Shown: piece by piece, positions 1 to 11,900 of the stretch
Numbering within the stretch: the first letter of the stretch is position 1
Layout of the letters: every line of letters begins with the position of its first letter
Assembly (NCBI GenBank): GCA_016748015.1
Contig: JAAOMT010000128.1
Span: 1,495,538-1,559,537, forward strand
DNA from: Geosiphon pyriformis uo1
Lineage: Eukaryota; Fungi; Glomeromycota
Length of the DNA: 64,000 nt
Direction: 5' to 3'
Position numbers and translations under genes: made by a program
The notes under the pieces: generated by a model
The model's input: the letters and a program-made list of their open reading frames with translations, nothing else
What the model was told of the DNA's origin: nothing
The model's database searches: none

Positions 1-345
1 AAGTTCTGAATATTCAAGTGTCATCCCAAGTAGAAATAACAAAAGTTTCTTGGAAATTTGTGTATCCACCATTTCCACATTTTTTTGGTCAACTCTTGAT
101 ATGTAGTGACACTTGTTGGTTCTTCTATTGCTAATTTTATTTTCAGAACCATTTTGTTAATAGTGTTTTTTGTTTTTCTTTGACTTTTGTATTTGGGTAT
201 TTTTCTGGTATTTTGGTATCAAATGGTTTGTTAATTGATAGTAATTTCTATATTCTGTTGTTGAATTAGTTGGAAGAGTTGTTGTGTTAGTGAGTGGATA
301 TTGTCAGTGATTTCTATTTTTTTGAAGTCTTTTGTCACATTTATC
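1..345 (-). pseudogene. ORF3 of element A (unknown protein downstream of integrase), truncated by the window edge
   Basis: Hand translation DMINVTKDFKKIEITDNIHSLTQQLFQL...YQELTKKMWKWWIHKFPRNFCYFYLG is collinear with B ORF3. Confidence 0.8.
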
Positions 346-379
346 ATGTCTTTATATACTTTTTTTATTGTTCAATTTT

Positions 380-3300
380 ATGTGTTTGGTCCAATGATTA
401 TGATTGGTTTCAGATCCCATGAAATCTCATCTGGTTGGATTAGTATTCTCTGTACTCCTAATTGTGAAATATTACTGGTCGATGGTGATATTATATGGTA
501 ATATGGTTTCAGTCAATCACTATATGCTGCTTTGGCTAAAATTTTATTGTTCTATCTTAGTTTATAAGCTCTATTTCCAAGAACTTCTTCTATGTGAAAT
601 GGTCTATTCCATTTGGAGTCAAATTTTCCACTCTATTGTTTTTCTGCTTTGATATGATGTAAAAGTACTTTGTCTTCAATCTTGAATTCAACTGGTTTAT
701 CTGATAATTGGTTATCATGTCTTTTTTTTTGTTTCTCTTGTGATTTTTGAATGTTATCAGCTGCTTTTCGCCATTTGTTTTTTAATGTTTCCATTAAGTC
801 ATATGTTCTTTGGAAATTCTCTTTTGTTATTAGTTCTGTTGGATATGTTTTGACTTCTATCTCCACTGGCACTGTTGCTGTTCTACCATATACTAATTCA
901 AATGATGTTGCTTGTGTAGTGTCTTGCTTTATTGTCTGATAAGCAAATAATACTGATGGTATAAACAAATTTCATTTATTTTGGTTTTTTTGGCTGATTT
1001 TGGATATTGCTTTACACAATGTTCTGTTGAATCTTTTGACTAATTCATTTGTTTGCAGATGATATGGCAATAATAGTGGTCTTTTGATTCCAAATCTTTG
1101 GCTTAATTCTGCTAATGTTTTATTTACAAAGTGAGTTTCTTGATCAGATAATAATTTTTTTGAACATTTGTGTCAACAGATCAAGTTTTGATGAACAAAT
1201 TCAGCAATGGATTTTGCATCTGCTCTTTAAATGGCTTTTGCTTCTGGCCATTTTGTGAGATAGTCCATGACTACTGCAATATATCTGTTGCCTCTGCTGG
1301 TGATTGCTAATGGTCTAACTAAGTCAATTCCAATGCAATCAAATGGTTGTCTTATCTTGATTGGTCTTAATGGTTCACTGGGTTTTGTTCTTTTTTTTCT
1401 CTGACAAGTATTACAATTTTGAACATATTGGATGATGTCTGAATATATTGATGGCCAATAGTATTTTTTTCTAGTTCTTTCTATGGTTGCTTCTTTATAA
1501 AAATGTCTTGCTGTTAGATCTGTGTATATGTTAAACAATATTGTCTCTTTTTCTGGTTCTGTAATTACTCTGGTTGGTTGATCTGGATTCTTTCTGTTTT
1601 TTCGGTAAAGTATATTTTGGTGATTGATAAAATATTTTAATTGTTGTTTGATGTTGTTTTGTTTCTTTTAAGATAATTTCTCCTTGAACAATTGAGTATT
1701 TATATAATATTGAAGTTGTTGGTATTTTTGTATATTTATTTTTTGTTATATTTTTGGCTTGAAATGTTTTTAGACTTGTCTCATTCATGACAATCCATCA
1801 GCATTTCCATTTTTTTTTCTTTTTTGTAATGAACTGTATAATTAAATAGTAAAAGTTCTATTTTCTATTGGGCATGGCAATGATCTCCAAATTCTTGCTT
1901 TTGAATTGAAATCAATCTCTTGTGATTAGTGTAGACATCAAACTTTTGACTCAAGTATTCCTTTCACTTGATAACAGCCCAATAGATAGCTAAGTATTCT
2001 AGTGCTGGAGTTTTATAGTTCTTTTTGGCTGGGCTTAAGCTTTTACTGGTATATGCTACTGAATGTTCTTGTCCATCTGGTCTTTTCTGAGATAATACTG
2101 CTCTCAATGCTTAACCAAATATATTAGTTGTAATTATAAATGGCTTGCTATGATCCAAATAGATTAGTACTAGAGCTTGAATAAGCTTTCTTTTTAATGT
2201 ATCAAAAGCTTTTTGCTGAATTTCTGTCTATTCATATTTGGTGTTTTTTGTTTGGAGTTGGTGTAATGATTGAGCTATTTTGGAAAAGTTTTTGATAAAG
2301 CAGTGGTAGTATTTAGCAAATTCCAAGAATGTTCTTAGTTCTGTGAGATTATTTGATACTAAAAAGTTCTTGACAATTTCAATCTTGTCTGGATCTGTTT
2401 TGATTCTGTTTTTGCTCATCACATGTCCTAAAAACTTGAGTTCAGTTTTTTCAAAGAAACATTTGGTTGCATTTAGTTTTAACTCAGCTCTTCTTAGTCT
2501 TTCAAACACTTGTTGGAGATGATGCAGATGATCATCGAATGTTTTTGAGAACACATTGGTATTATCTAAGTATACAACTACTGATTTCCATAGTAGTCCC
2601 ATATAAACAATTTTTATAAGTTACTAGAAAATGGTTGGAGCATTCATCAAGCCAAATGGCATTACTTCAAATTCAAAGTTTTTTTCTTGAGTTGTAAAAG
2701 CTGTTTTTTCTTTGTTTTCTGGTTTCATGGCTACTTGCCAGTAACCACTGTCTAAGTCTAATATTGAAAACCATTTCTTTTCTCCAAAAGCATCAAAAAG
2801 TTCTTGGATCTTTGGAGTTGAATAGCTGTCTTCTTTTGTTACTCCATTCAGTTTCTGGTAATCCACACAAAAGTAGATTTTTCTATTCTTTTTATAGACT
2901 AATACTACTGGTAATGACTATGGGCTTATTGATGACTGAATTAGCCTATTGTTAAGCATTTGATTGATTTCTTGATGAATGATTTTATGGTTGGTTGGTG
3001 GTACTTTGTATGTTCTTTGTTTAATTGGCATTACATCTCCAGTTTTGATTTGGTGCTGGATTATATCAGTTCTGCCAAATTTATTTTCACTGGTGAAGAT
3101 ATTATTGAAATTGTTGAGTAACATTTTGAGTTGCATTCATTGGAGTGGGTCTAAGTTTCCCAAGTTCATCTGTTCCAATTGTTCTGGTTGAAGCAAATAA
3201 CATTTTTCTCATCTGTAGATTGTTTGTGATTTGATATCTATATATTCACACAGTTGTGGAAAATTGGAATGATGTCTGACAGTTGATCTTCAATTTCAGT

Positions 3301-5604
3301 AGTTAAATGTCCAATGATGGTTCTTTTTGGTATCTCAATGATATCTTCTGTGTTGTTGTGAATAAAAATTTTGATGTAACTGTGGTTCTTGGCTGGTATG
3401 TGTAAATTAACTAATTCTATTTTTTCTGATTCACAAAGTTTTGTTTCTGCCTCAAAAATCTGAACCTGATTCTTTACTTTTCTTTTTATTCTGACCATGT
3501 ACCTATTATATGGTAGAATAGAAATTGGTTGACAGGTGAAGATAATTTTTCTCTTGTCAATAACTTCTTTTTCTGCCATTTTGACTGGTATATCTATTCT
3601 ACCTATTGATCCACATCTCTGTATTCTTTTAGCTGTAATTCCTAATTCTTCCCTGTTTCTCACTGATACTAATTGAGCTATTTTCACCAGAGGCAGGAAT
3701 ATTGTCTGTACTATCTTTTTGTTTGGCTCTATAATATAGGCCTTTTTAGAATTGTTTTGTAGCATTGCAATGATATTTCCTACATATCCTGTGTCAATTA
3801 TTCCTCCTCTGATGTTGATTTTCTTTTTTGCTAAGCTACTCTTAGATGTTAATTGAACCATAGTTGTTGCTGGGATTTTCAGTGCTATTTTGAGATCAAT
3901 GCAAATGTGCAAATGAGGTTTCAATTTGATGGTGTTTTTCTCTAAATATCTTAGATTAAATCCTGCATCAGTATCATGCATGTGTTCTGACATAATACTT
4001 TCATTACTATCACTAAACTATCTAAGTTCCTGTTCCTTAAAAAAGTCAGAAAGTGCAATATATGTTTTGGGATTTGAATCAGAGTTTGAATTACTATTAG
4101 TTTTGTTGTTATTTTGAGCAAAGCTGAAACTGTTGTTTTCATTGTCATTATTGTCGGAGTTTGAATTGGGATTGAACAATGATTCTAATTCTGATCCACA
4201 TCTGTTAATTGATTTTTCTTCTTCTGGAATGGTGTAGATCATGTGTAGTAATGGATTGTAGATAAGGTCACACTCATTACAATACTAGAAGTCACATGGA
4301 ATTAAGCAGTGTTGATACAATTAAGTGTTCAGCTGCTCTAAGCATTGCTCTTGCTCTTTTCTTGTGAGTGCTAGTTCTTGGTAGTATTTGTGGAATTGTT
4401 TTGAATTCAGGAGATTTATGACTGGTTCTGGGTTTTAGTCAAGTTCTATGGGCTTTGGTGGATTGTTCTTGATTTTTCTGATTTCTTCAGGTGATGCTCT
4501 TTTTATTTTGGCTATTGCCATTCTCCATATCTCATTGTCATTGTGTGGAGAACTGTCTAATCACTATATGGCTCTTCTTCAAGCAGTTTCTATTGGTGTC
4601 TCTTTTCTAATCCAGTTGCTAATGAAGATCATATATTGGCATGAAGTGTCACATATTTCTCCTCAACCAGAGATGTTATTCCACATTCCTTTATTAAGTA
4701 ATATTTCTCCACAAGCTAGACAAGGTTTGTTGTCTCATTTTCCTTACTATTTTGGTTATCTAAAGCATTCTATGACACATGTGTAATAGTAGAATTTGGT
4801 TACTGTTGAGTATTCCTCATGATCACCATAGCACATGCTCATTGACAACAATTTCTTGTCACAATTAATGCATATTAGCTTTGGTTGACAATAGTTAGAC
4901 TGTGGTGGTAGTATAAGTGTATAGTCTATTAGTAGTGTTGGTTGAGATTGTTTCTTCTTTTTTTGCCTTTCCTTTTTTTTTGTTATTTTCTTCTTATTCC
5001 CAAGTTTGTAATAACTTTTGATAGTCATTGTTAGCCCATAAGGTTTGGTCAGTACTGCAGGTAAATTTTTCTTTTTGTTTTTCTTTCCCATTATTGCCCT
5101 ACAACAGTATCAGTGGCAGTTCATTATGGTCTTCCTTGGCCCACAAGACTTGATACACTTCCCAAGTTGGTTTCAGCTTCTCTTTTTCGACATTAATTAA
5201 GGGTGTTGGCAGGATGTTGCTGGGTTTGAAGTGGTCACATGTTGCTGGTACTTATGTGTATTGGCTATTTTGATTTATTTGCAACTCTTGGATGGTTCAG
5301 TCAAGTGTCACATTGGTTTTGAATAGCCAGTCATTACCAACTAGAGCTTGGTATTGGGTGGCTTTCATTACCAGAACTTTGATAAAAGTGATAATACTAT
5401 TGATTTCAAATGGCAAGTCACTAATCTTATCAATAGGCATTTTTGTAGCACCATCAGCAGTGATAATTCTGGCACTGGCAGTTCAGTCAACTTGGTGACC
5501 TAATTGATTCATGAGTTGCTTGGTAATAATGCTGTCTGCCAAACTACTATCAAGAATAAGTTTAATAGAGTGGCCATCAACCTTGGCATCAGTATACATC
5601 ACGG
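380..5604 (-). pseudogene. Element A pol (PR - Cys-rich region - dUTPase - RT - RNase H - IN), broken by stops and frameshifts
   Basis: ORF pieces 633-968, 1227-1538, 2228-2602, 2624-2866, 2918-3136, 3238-3993 and 5483-5604 match these domains. Confidence 0.93.
3600..3993 (-). pseudogene. Trimeric dUTPase domain in element A pol
   Basis: DAGFNL (motif I), SKSSLA (II), GGIIDTGYVG (III), KIVQ (IV), KRIQRCGSIG (V, degraded). Confidence 0.9.
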
Positions 5605-6464
5605 TATTACTCATAAAAATATAGGAAATATATATTAGCATAGTTATTAACCAATCAGAAGTAGACAGTAAAATATGGAATTCCAAGATTCTTTTCAGGA
5701 ATTGCAAGATTCCAGGAATTACAGGATTCTTACAAGGAATCGCAGAATTCCAGAATTCCAGGATTCCTCTCAAAAGAATTGTAAAATTCCAGGATTCCTG
5801 TTGTGAAGAATTGAAGAATTGAAGAATTTCAATTATGTATATATAGCAGTAGGATTAGAAGCTAAAAAGACAGACTTCTCAGTTTAGATTTCATCTGGAC
5901 AACTTTCCAAACCACAAATAAATAACTGTTTGTTATCTCAAACCCACTGCCATTATTAACACTTCATGTTGATAATAATTGATACTTAACTACACTGGAA
6001 CAATAGCTCTTGATCACAGCTATTGACGGAATACTAACTTGCAAATTGCCTTGGCTTATTTCTTTTCTTTCTTTATTTTCTTTTTTTTTCTTTATTTCTT
6101 GCTTTGATTTTATTGTTGTTTACTAATTCTATTGAGAATTAACGTGTGGAGTACTGACGTCAGAATAAATATGACTGGTAAAAAACCCAAAAATAAGAGT
6201 AGAACACTTGATTGAGGATAGCTTATTAGGAGAAATACTGGCCATCAAGCTGAGAAAAAAATTGATGAAACTGTGGTTTTGGGAAGCTATGGATAAAACT
6301 ATTACCATTGAATCTCTGTCCATTATACAAAGAACTCAACCAAACCCTTTAGATACAAACCTTTCACACACAAATCTTCAGATTACTATTAACTGCAACT
6401 AGATTTGAGCACCAAGTTATGGGTTTGTTATTTAATCTAACACCAGAAATAGTCACCTGTAATA
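5605..6464 (+). repeat. 5' LTR of element B
   Basis: TATTACTC...TGTAATA (mutated TG..CA termini); aligns end to end with 14933-15793. Confidence 0.95.
5651..5853 (+). promoter_or_regulatory. LTR U3 promoter: CCAAT box, array of GGAATTCC/GGATTCC-type units, TATA-like TATATATAGCAGTAG
   Basis: CCAAT at 5651, repeat array ~5677-5830, TATA ~5838. Same layout in the other LTRs of the family. Confidence 0.6.
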
Positions 6465-6466
6465 TT

Positions 6467-6483
6467 TGGTGCTCCCTGTGAGG
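6467..6483 (+). other. Primer-binding site TGGTGCTCCCTGTGAGG (tRNA 3' end CCUCACAGGGAGCACCA; probably elongator Met or Ile-UAU)
   Basis: Two nt after the LTR end and starts with TGG. Equivalent site in A at 18197-18213. Confidence 0.85.
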
Positions 6484-6523
6484 TATAATCCTACAGAGAA
6501 CCAGCACCAACACAAATCTAAAA

Positions 6524-8914
6524 GTGGCAGAATCAGAAAACATAGAAGCAAATCATCTAGGATTTGCAAAATTCTTATTTCAACACTACTGTCAACATTT
6601 GGGATTAAATTACAACCACATATCAGTGAAATCAGCTTTCAATTTCTACGTCAACAAAAAAATTGCCTATCTGTTAGAAACACTAGTAAATATCAAATTG
6701 GCAAGAAAAGCCTTTTACAGTGAATTAATTCAAAATACCAACCTGTCAACAAATCACAATTTTGTCTCCATCATCACGGAAATCAACAAAGAAATTGAAC
6801 ACTATACATAGCAAAGATATCTCATTACTTATGTGAACAAAAACAAAAGAAAACTACAAACACCAGCAGTAATACCCAAAAGAATACAACCACTTACTTA
6901 GAAGAAAACAAGAGTTGAGTCCCCAATTAATCCATCATACCACTATATATCTGGAAGTGTCATTAATATTACATCTACTGGCATGGCCACATCAAACATG
7001 ACATTAGCATTTGGATGATTTCCATTCCAAAATAAACAAAGGAAAACAGAGTTATTAGGACCATATGGCATGTATTTTGAAAGATTTAACTCGTGATCAT
7101 CAACACCATCAGGACTTTGATTGCCACTGCCTCCTCCAGATTTCGGAATTTCTGATCCATGGGAAGTAACGGAATCAGAAGAAGAAGCTGAAGATCAAGA
7201 ATTCACTTACTAAAACCCGATCGCTGAAAACCTGGAATTTGAAACCCCGAATTTTCAAACCCAGCAAAATCTAAACCCAGAAAATCTGGAAATCAAAACT
7301 CCAAATATTCAGATATTGCCAACTTAGGATAATTGAAACCCCGATTTAATAAATCAACAAAACTTATCTCCAGTAATCGTTATCAATCAACTACTGATTA
7401 ATTCAATAGCCAAACCTCTACAACTGCCACTTCAACTACCACCCCAACAACCCATACAACAACAACCATTTCAATTACCACCACAACAATCCAACTTAGA
7501 TCCAATGGTCTACATACCAATCACAAAACTTGACAATTTTACTGGTAAAGAGGACGACATCCAAATATGGCTCAATGACATTGAAAAAGCCATAGTGGCC
7601 AATGGATAGAATGATAGTAGAGCTCTTCAAGTGATCCCCTATTTTTTCAAAGATACTGCCAACTTATGGTATTAGAGCCTAGCCACCAAACCACAAACCT
7701 TCAATGAGTTCAAAACAGAATTCTTGAGATACTTTAGTAATAACAATAATATTAATTGCTTGACCAACACATTTACCACTATCAAACAAAGAAACACAGA
7801 AGCAGTCACCACTTACTTGGGATGCTTCCATAGAAATCTGTGCCAAATTCAGGCAATCTAAGCTGATTACTTTACAGTATCACAGATCTTGAACCAGTTC
7901 ATCAGAAGATTGCACAGTAGCATTCTTCAGCGAGTATGTCTAATGCATCCAGTTGACCTTCCAACCACCATCACCCACGCCAGAGATTTTGAAGCAGCTG
8001 AGCTAGAAGCCAACCATGCCCAAGCTGTAAATTTAGTGATGAACGAATCATCTAACTTGGATTCCAAACTAAAACAATTCAGTAATACAATCAATCAGAA
8101 ACTAGAGGGATACTTAGCTGACAATTGTGCAATCTATCAATCACCACAACGATGCAATAATTCAGGAAACACAAATTATTTCTAAAATCAGCTGTATCCA
8201 TCAACATCAACATCATCATCATTACCCAATCAGCCATGGCAGCCAGAAATGCATGTTTGCCACAACTGTGGTAAACAAGGTCACATTAGAGCTGACTGTC
8301 AATTTTATAGCAACAATCTATGATCAGAAAATCAATATCAAAACCCCGATCACAGATTTCAGACTCAAAATCACCCAAATCAAGACCAATATCAAACCAC
8401 TTACCTGCCAATAATGCAGCAACCAATCTATCAACCACCAATATATCAACCTCCAATTTATCAATTACAGCCACCAGTAATTTATTAGCCACAGCCCCAA
8501 ATAATTTATCAGTCCTAACAACCAATTCAAACACTACTCCAAAACTCTATTCAAATGACATCAAGAAACCCAAGACCTAGAATCACTCAAAACTGGAGAT
8601 CGGCAATAGTTGTTCATTAACTAATCCCCAGCTCCTCTTACCAACCATCAGGCTCTCAACAGCAGAATCCGAATACTGGTTCCACCTAAAACCCAAATTT
8701 TCAGAATTATTTAAGTCTTCTGGTTATCCCAAAAGATGCCACCACCAACAACTCAGAATCCAACTCACCCCAAACAACACTTACTAACAATATTCCACCA
8801 GCAATGGTTACCAAAAATGAATCTCTCACAGCCATCTTTCCTTTCAAATTGGAGGAAACCATCAACCCATCTTAGTTCAGTAGAGCAGCACTCAAGAAGA
8901 AACCCATCACCATA
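6524..8914 (+). pseudogene. Element B gag: ~330-aa N-terminal extension, capsid domain from ~7505, CCHC knuckle at 8258-8299, Q/P-rich linker in frame with protease
   Basis: KLDNFTGKEDDIQIWL...AN..WY..L capsid pattern; CHNCGKQGHIRADC. Confidence 0.9.
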
Positions 8915-11900
8915 ATGTACACTAATGCAAAAGTTGATGGTCATTCCATCAAACTGATCCTAGATAGTGGATCAACTGGCAGCATCATCACAAAACAACT
9001 CATGGATCAATTAAATTGCCGAGTTGATCACGCTGTCAGCACCAGGATTATTACAGCCGATGGAGTGACCAAAACACTTATTGGAGAGATTGATGATTTC
9101 CCCATAGAAGTCAATGGCATCATAGTACCAATCAAAGTACTTGTCATGAAAGCCACTCAATACCAAGCACTTGTTGGGAATAACTGGCTGTCCAAAACCA
9201 ATGCAACTTTAGATTGGAACACCCAAGAGCTCCAGCTTAGCCAAAATGGTTGACACACACAGGTACCAGCCATGTATAACCACTTCAAGCCCATCACCAT
9301 GCCATCAACACCACTTATCGAATTTAAGGAAAAAAAAGCGAAACCCACCTGAAAAGCATACCAAGTCTCGTAAGCTGACATTGACCACAACAAACTGCTG
9401 CCAATACTTGTCTGGGACAACAATGACAATGGAAAGGAAAAACAAAAAAAAAACCTATCTGGAAAGCCATTATCAACACTTAAACCAACAACAACCAAAG
9501 TGAGATGCCACCAATTCTAAATTGAGAAGAAAAAAGCAAGGAAAAAGAGAAAGAAAAGGAAGAAAACATACCTGAAGAAACCACTACTGCAGAAGAAATA
9601 ACTAGTGGCTGGGAAAGGGAATATTTACGTGAACCAATAAAAAAGCCACCATATATACCTCTCAAATGCAAGGACTGTGAGAAGAAACTGTCCTCAATAG
9701 GAGCTTGGGTAGCACCAGACAAAGACTACTGGACACAAACCCATTACTATTGCAAGTCCTGCCATAGGAAACAATATGGCTACCCAAAAAGACAAGGCAA
9801 GTAGAACAATGAACCATGTCTCATTTGCAGCAAACAATTACTTGACAAAGGAATATGGAATGACATTCCTGGTTGAGAAGAAATGTGTGACACTTCGTGC
9901 CAATACATGATCCTCATCAGTGACTGAGTGAGTTGTAGTATGTCCATCACAGCAGCATGGCACCAAGCTATATTCTGCCTAGATGGCTATCCACACAATG
10001 AGGACAAGATCTGGCAAATGGCCAACGCCAAAGTAGAAAGTGTTTTGCCCAGTAAAATTTTGGAGATCAAGAATAACCCTCCAGAACCAACAGACATTGT
10101 TTTGGTTTTCAACCAAGACACCTTTATCAACTTAGAAAACAGCCCAGAAGAATTCCTTGAACACTATTAAAATCTAGCACCTATGAGAGAAGAGCGAGAG
10201 CAATGCTTGGAAAAAATCAACACCCAATTATGTGACTACTGTTTGATTCCATGTGACTTCCAATTCTGTGATGATTGTGATCTCATCTACAATCCACCAC
10301 CACACATGATCTACATGATCTTTGAAAAAAAAAGAACCAATCAACAGCTGCACATCAGAATTAGAATCGAGTTCCAACCCCAATTCAAATTCTGACAACA
10401 ACAATAACAAAAATAACGGTTCCAGCTCCATTCAAAATGGCTATAACAATGACAATGATTCCAACTCAGATTCAAACTCAGATTTAAACTATGAACAATA
10501 TATTGTACTTTCTGACCTCACCAAGGAGCAAGAACTGAAATAGTTCAGTGATAATGATGAAGGTATTATGCCAAAACATGTGCATGATACTAATACAGAA
10601 TTTGATCTGAGATATCCAGGAAAGAACACCATCAAATTGGAACCCTATTTGCACACTTGTATCAATCTGAAAATAGCATTAGAAATTTCAGTAACAATAA
10701 TGGTTCAATTAGTATTTAGGAATAGTTTAGCAAAAAAGGGAATAAACATTAGAGAAAGAATAATTAATGCAAGATATGTAGAAAATATTATTGCTATGCT
10801 ACAAAATGACTCAGAAAAGGCCTATGTTATAGAGCCAAATGAAAGAATAGCACAGACAATATTCCTGTCTCTGGTGAAAATAGCTCAGTTAGTTTCAGTG
10901 GAAAATAGGAAAAAATTAGGAATAACAGCAAGAGGGATATAGGAATTTGGATCAATGGGTAGAATAGATATACCAGTCAATATGGTGGAAGAAAAAATTA
11001 TTGGCCAAGGAGAAATTATCTCAACCAGTCAAACAATTTCCATTCCACCATATAGCCAATATATGTTAGCAATAGAAAGGAGAGAGAAAAAGCAAGAACA
11101 GATTTTTGAAGCAGAAACAACTCTTTGTGAATTAGGAGAAATTGGACTTATCAATCTACACATACCAGCCAAGAACCATAACCATATCAAAATTTCCATC
11201 TACAACAACATTGGAAATATTGTAAAGATACCAGAAGGAACTACTTTCGGATATTTAACCATGGAAATTAAAGATCAAGCACCAAGCAGCATTCCAGATT
11301 TTCCACAACTTTGTGGATATGTGAACATTACATCACAAACCATCTACAGACAAAACAAATATTATCTGTTACAGCCAAAACAATTGGAACAGATAAACAT
11401 GGGAAATCTAGATCCATTTCAACAGATACAACTAAAGATATTACTCAATAATTTCAATAACATTTTTATCAGTGAAAACAAATTTGGCAGAACTGATATT
11501 ATCCAGCATCAAATCAAGACTGGAGATACAATGCCAATCAAACAGTGAGCATATAGGGTACTACCAGCCAGCCATGAAATCATCTGTCAAGAGATCAACC
11601 AAATGCTTGACAATAGGTTAATTCAGCCATCAATGAGCTCATGGTCGTCACCAGTAGTATTTGTCTGTAAGAAAAATGGAAAAATCTGATTTTGAGTAGA
11701 CTACAGGAAACTCAATGCTGTAACTCATAGAGACAGCTATCCAACTCCACAAATACAAGAATTATTTGATGCTTTCAGTGGAAACAAATGGTTCTCAACA
11801 TTAGACTTGGATAGTGGGTATTGGCAAGTAGCCATGGATCCAGCTGACAAAAAAAAAATGACATTCACCACAAGAGAGGAAAACTTTGAGTTTGAAGTTA

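Noticed and set aside
5677-5830. CRISPR-like array
   Set aside because: Short degenerate units with no unique spacers, inside an LTR of a eukaryotic genome.
6208-6723. ORF running through the LTR and PBS (IEDSLLGE...LVLPVRYN) as a real upstream gene
   Set aside because: Contains stops, is out of frame with gag in both A and B, and has no recognisable domain.
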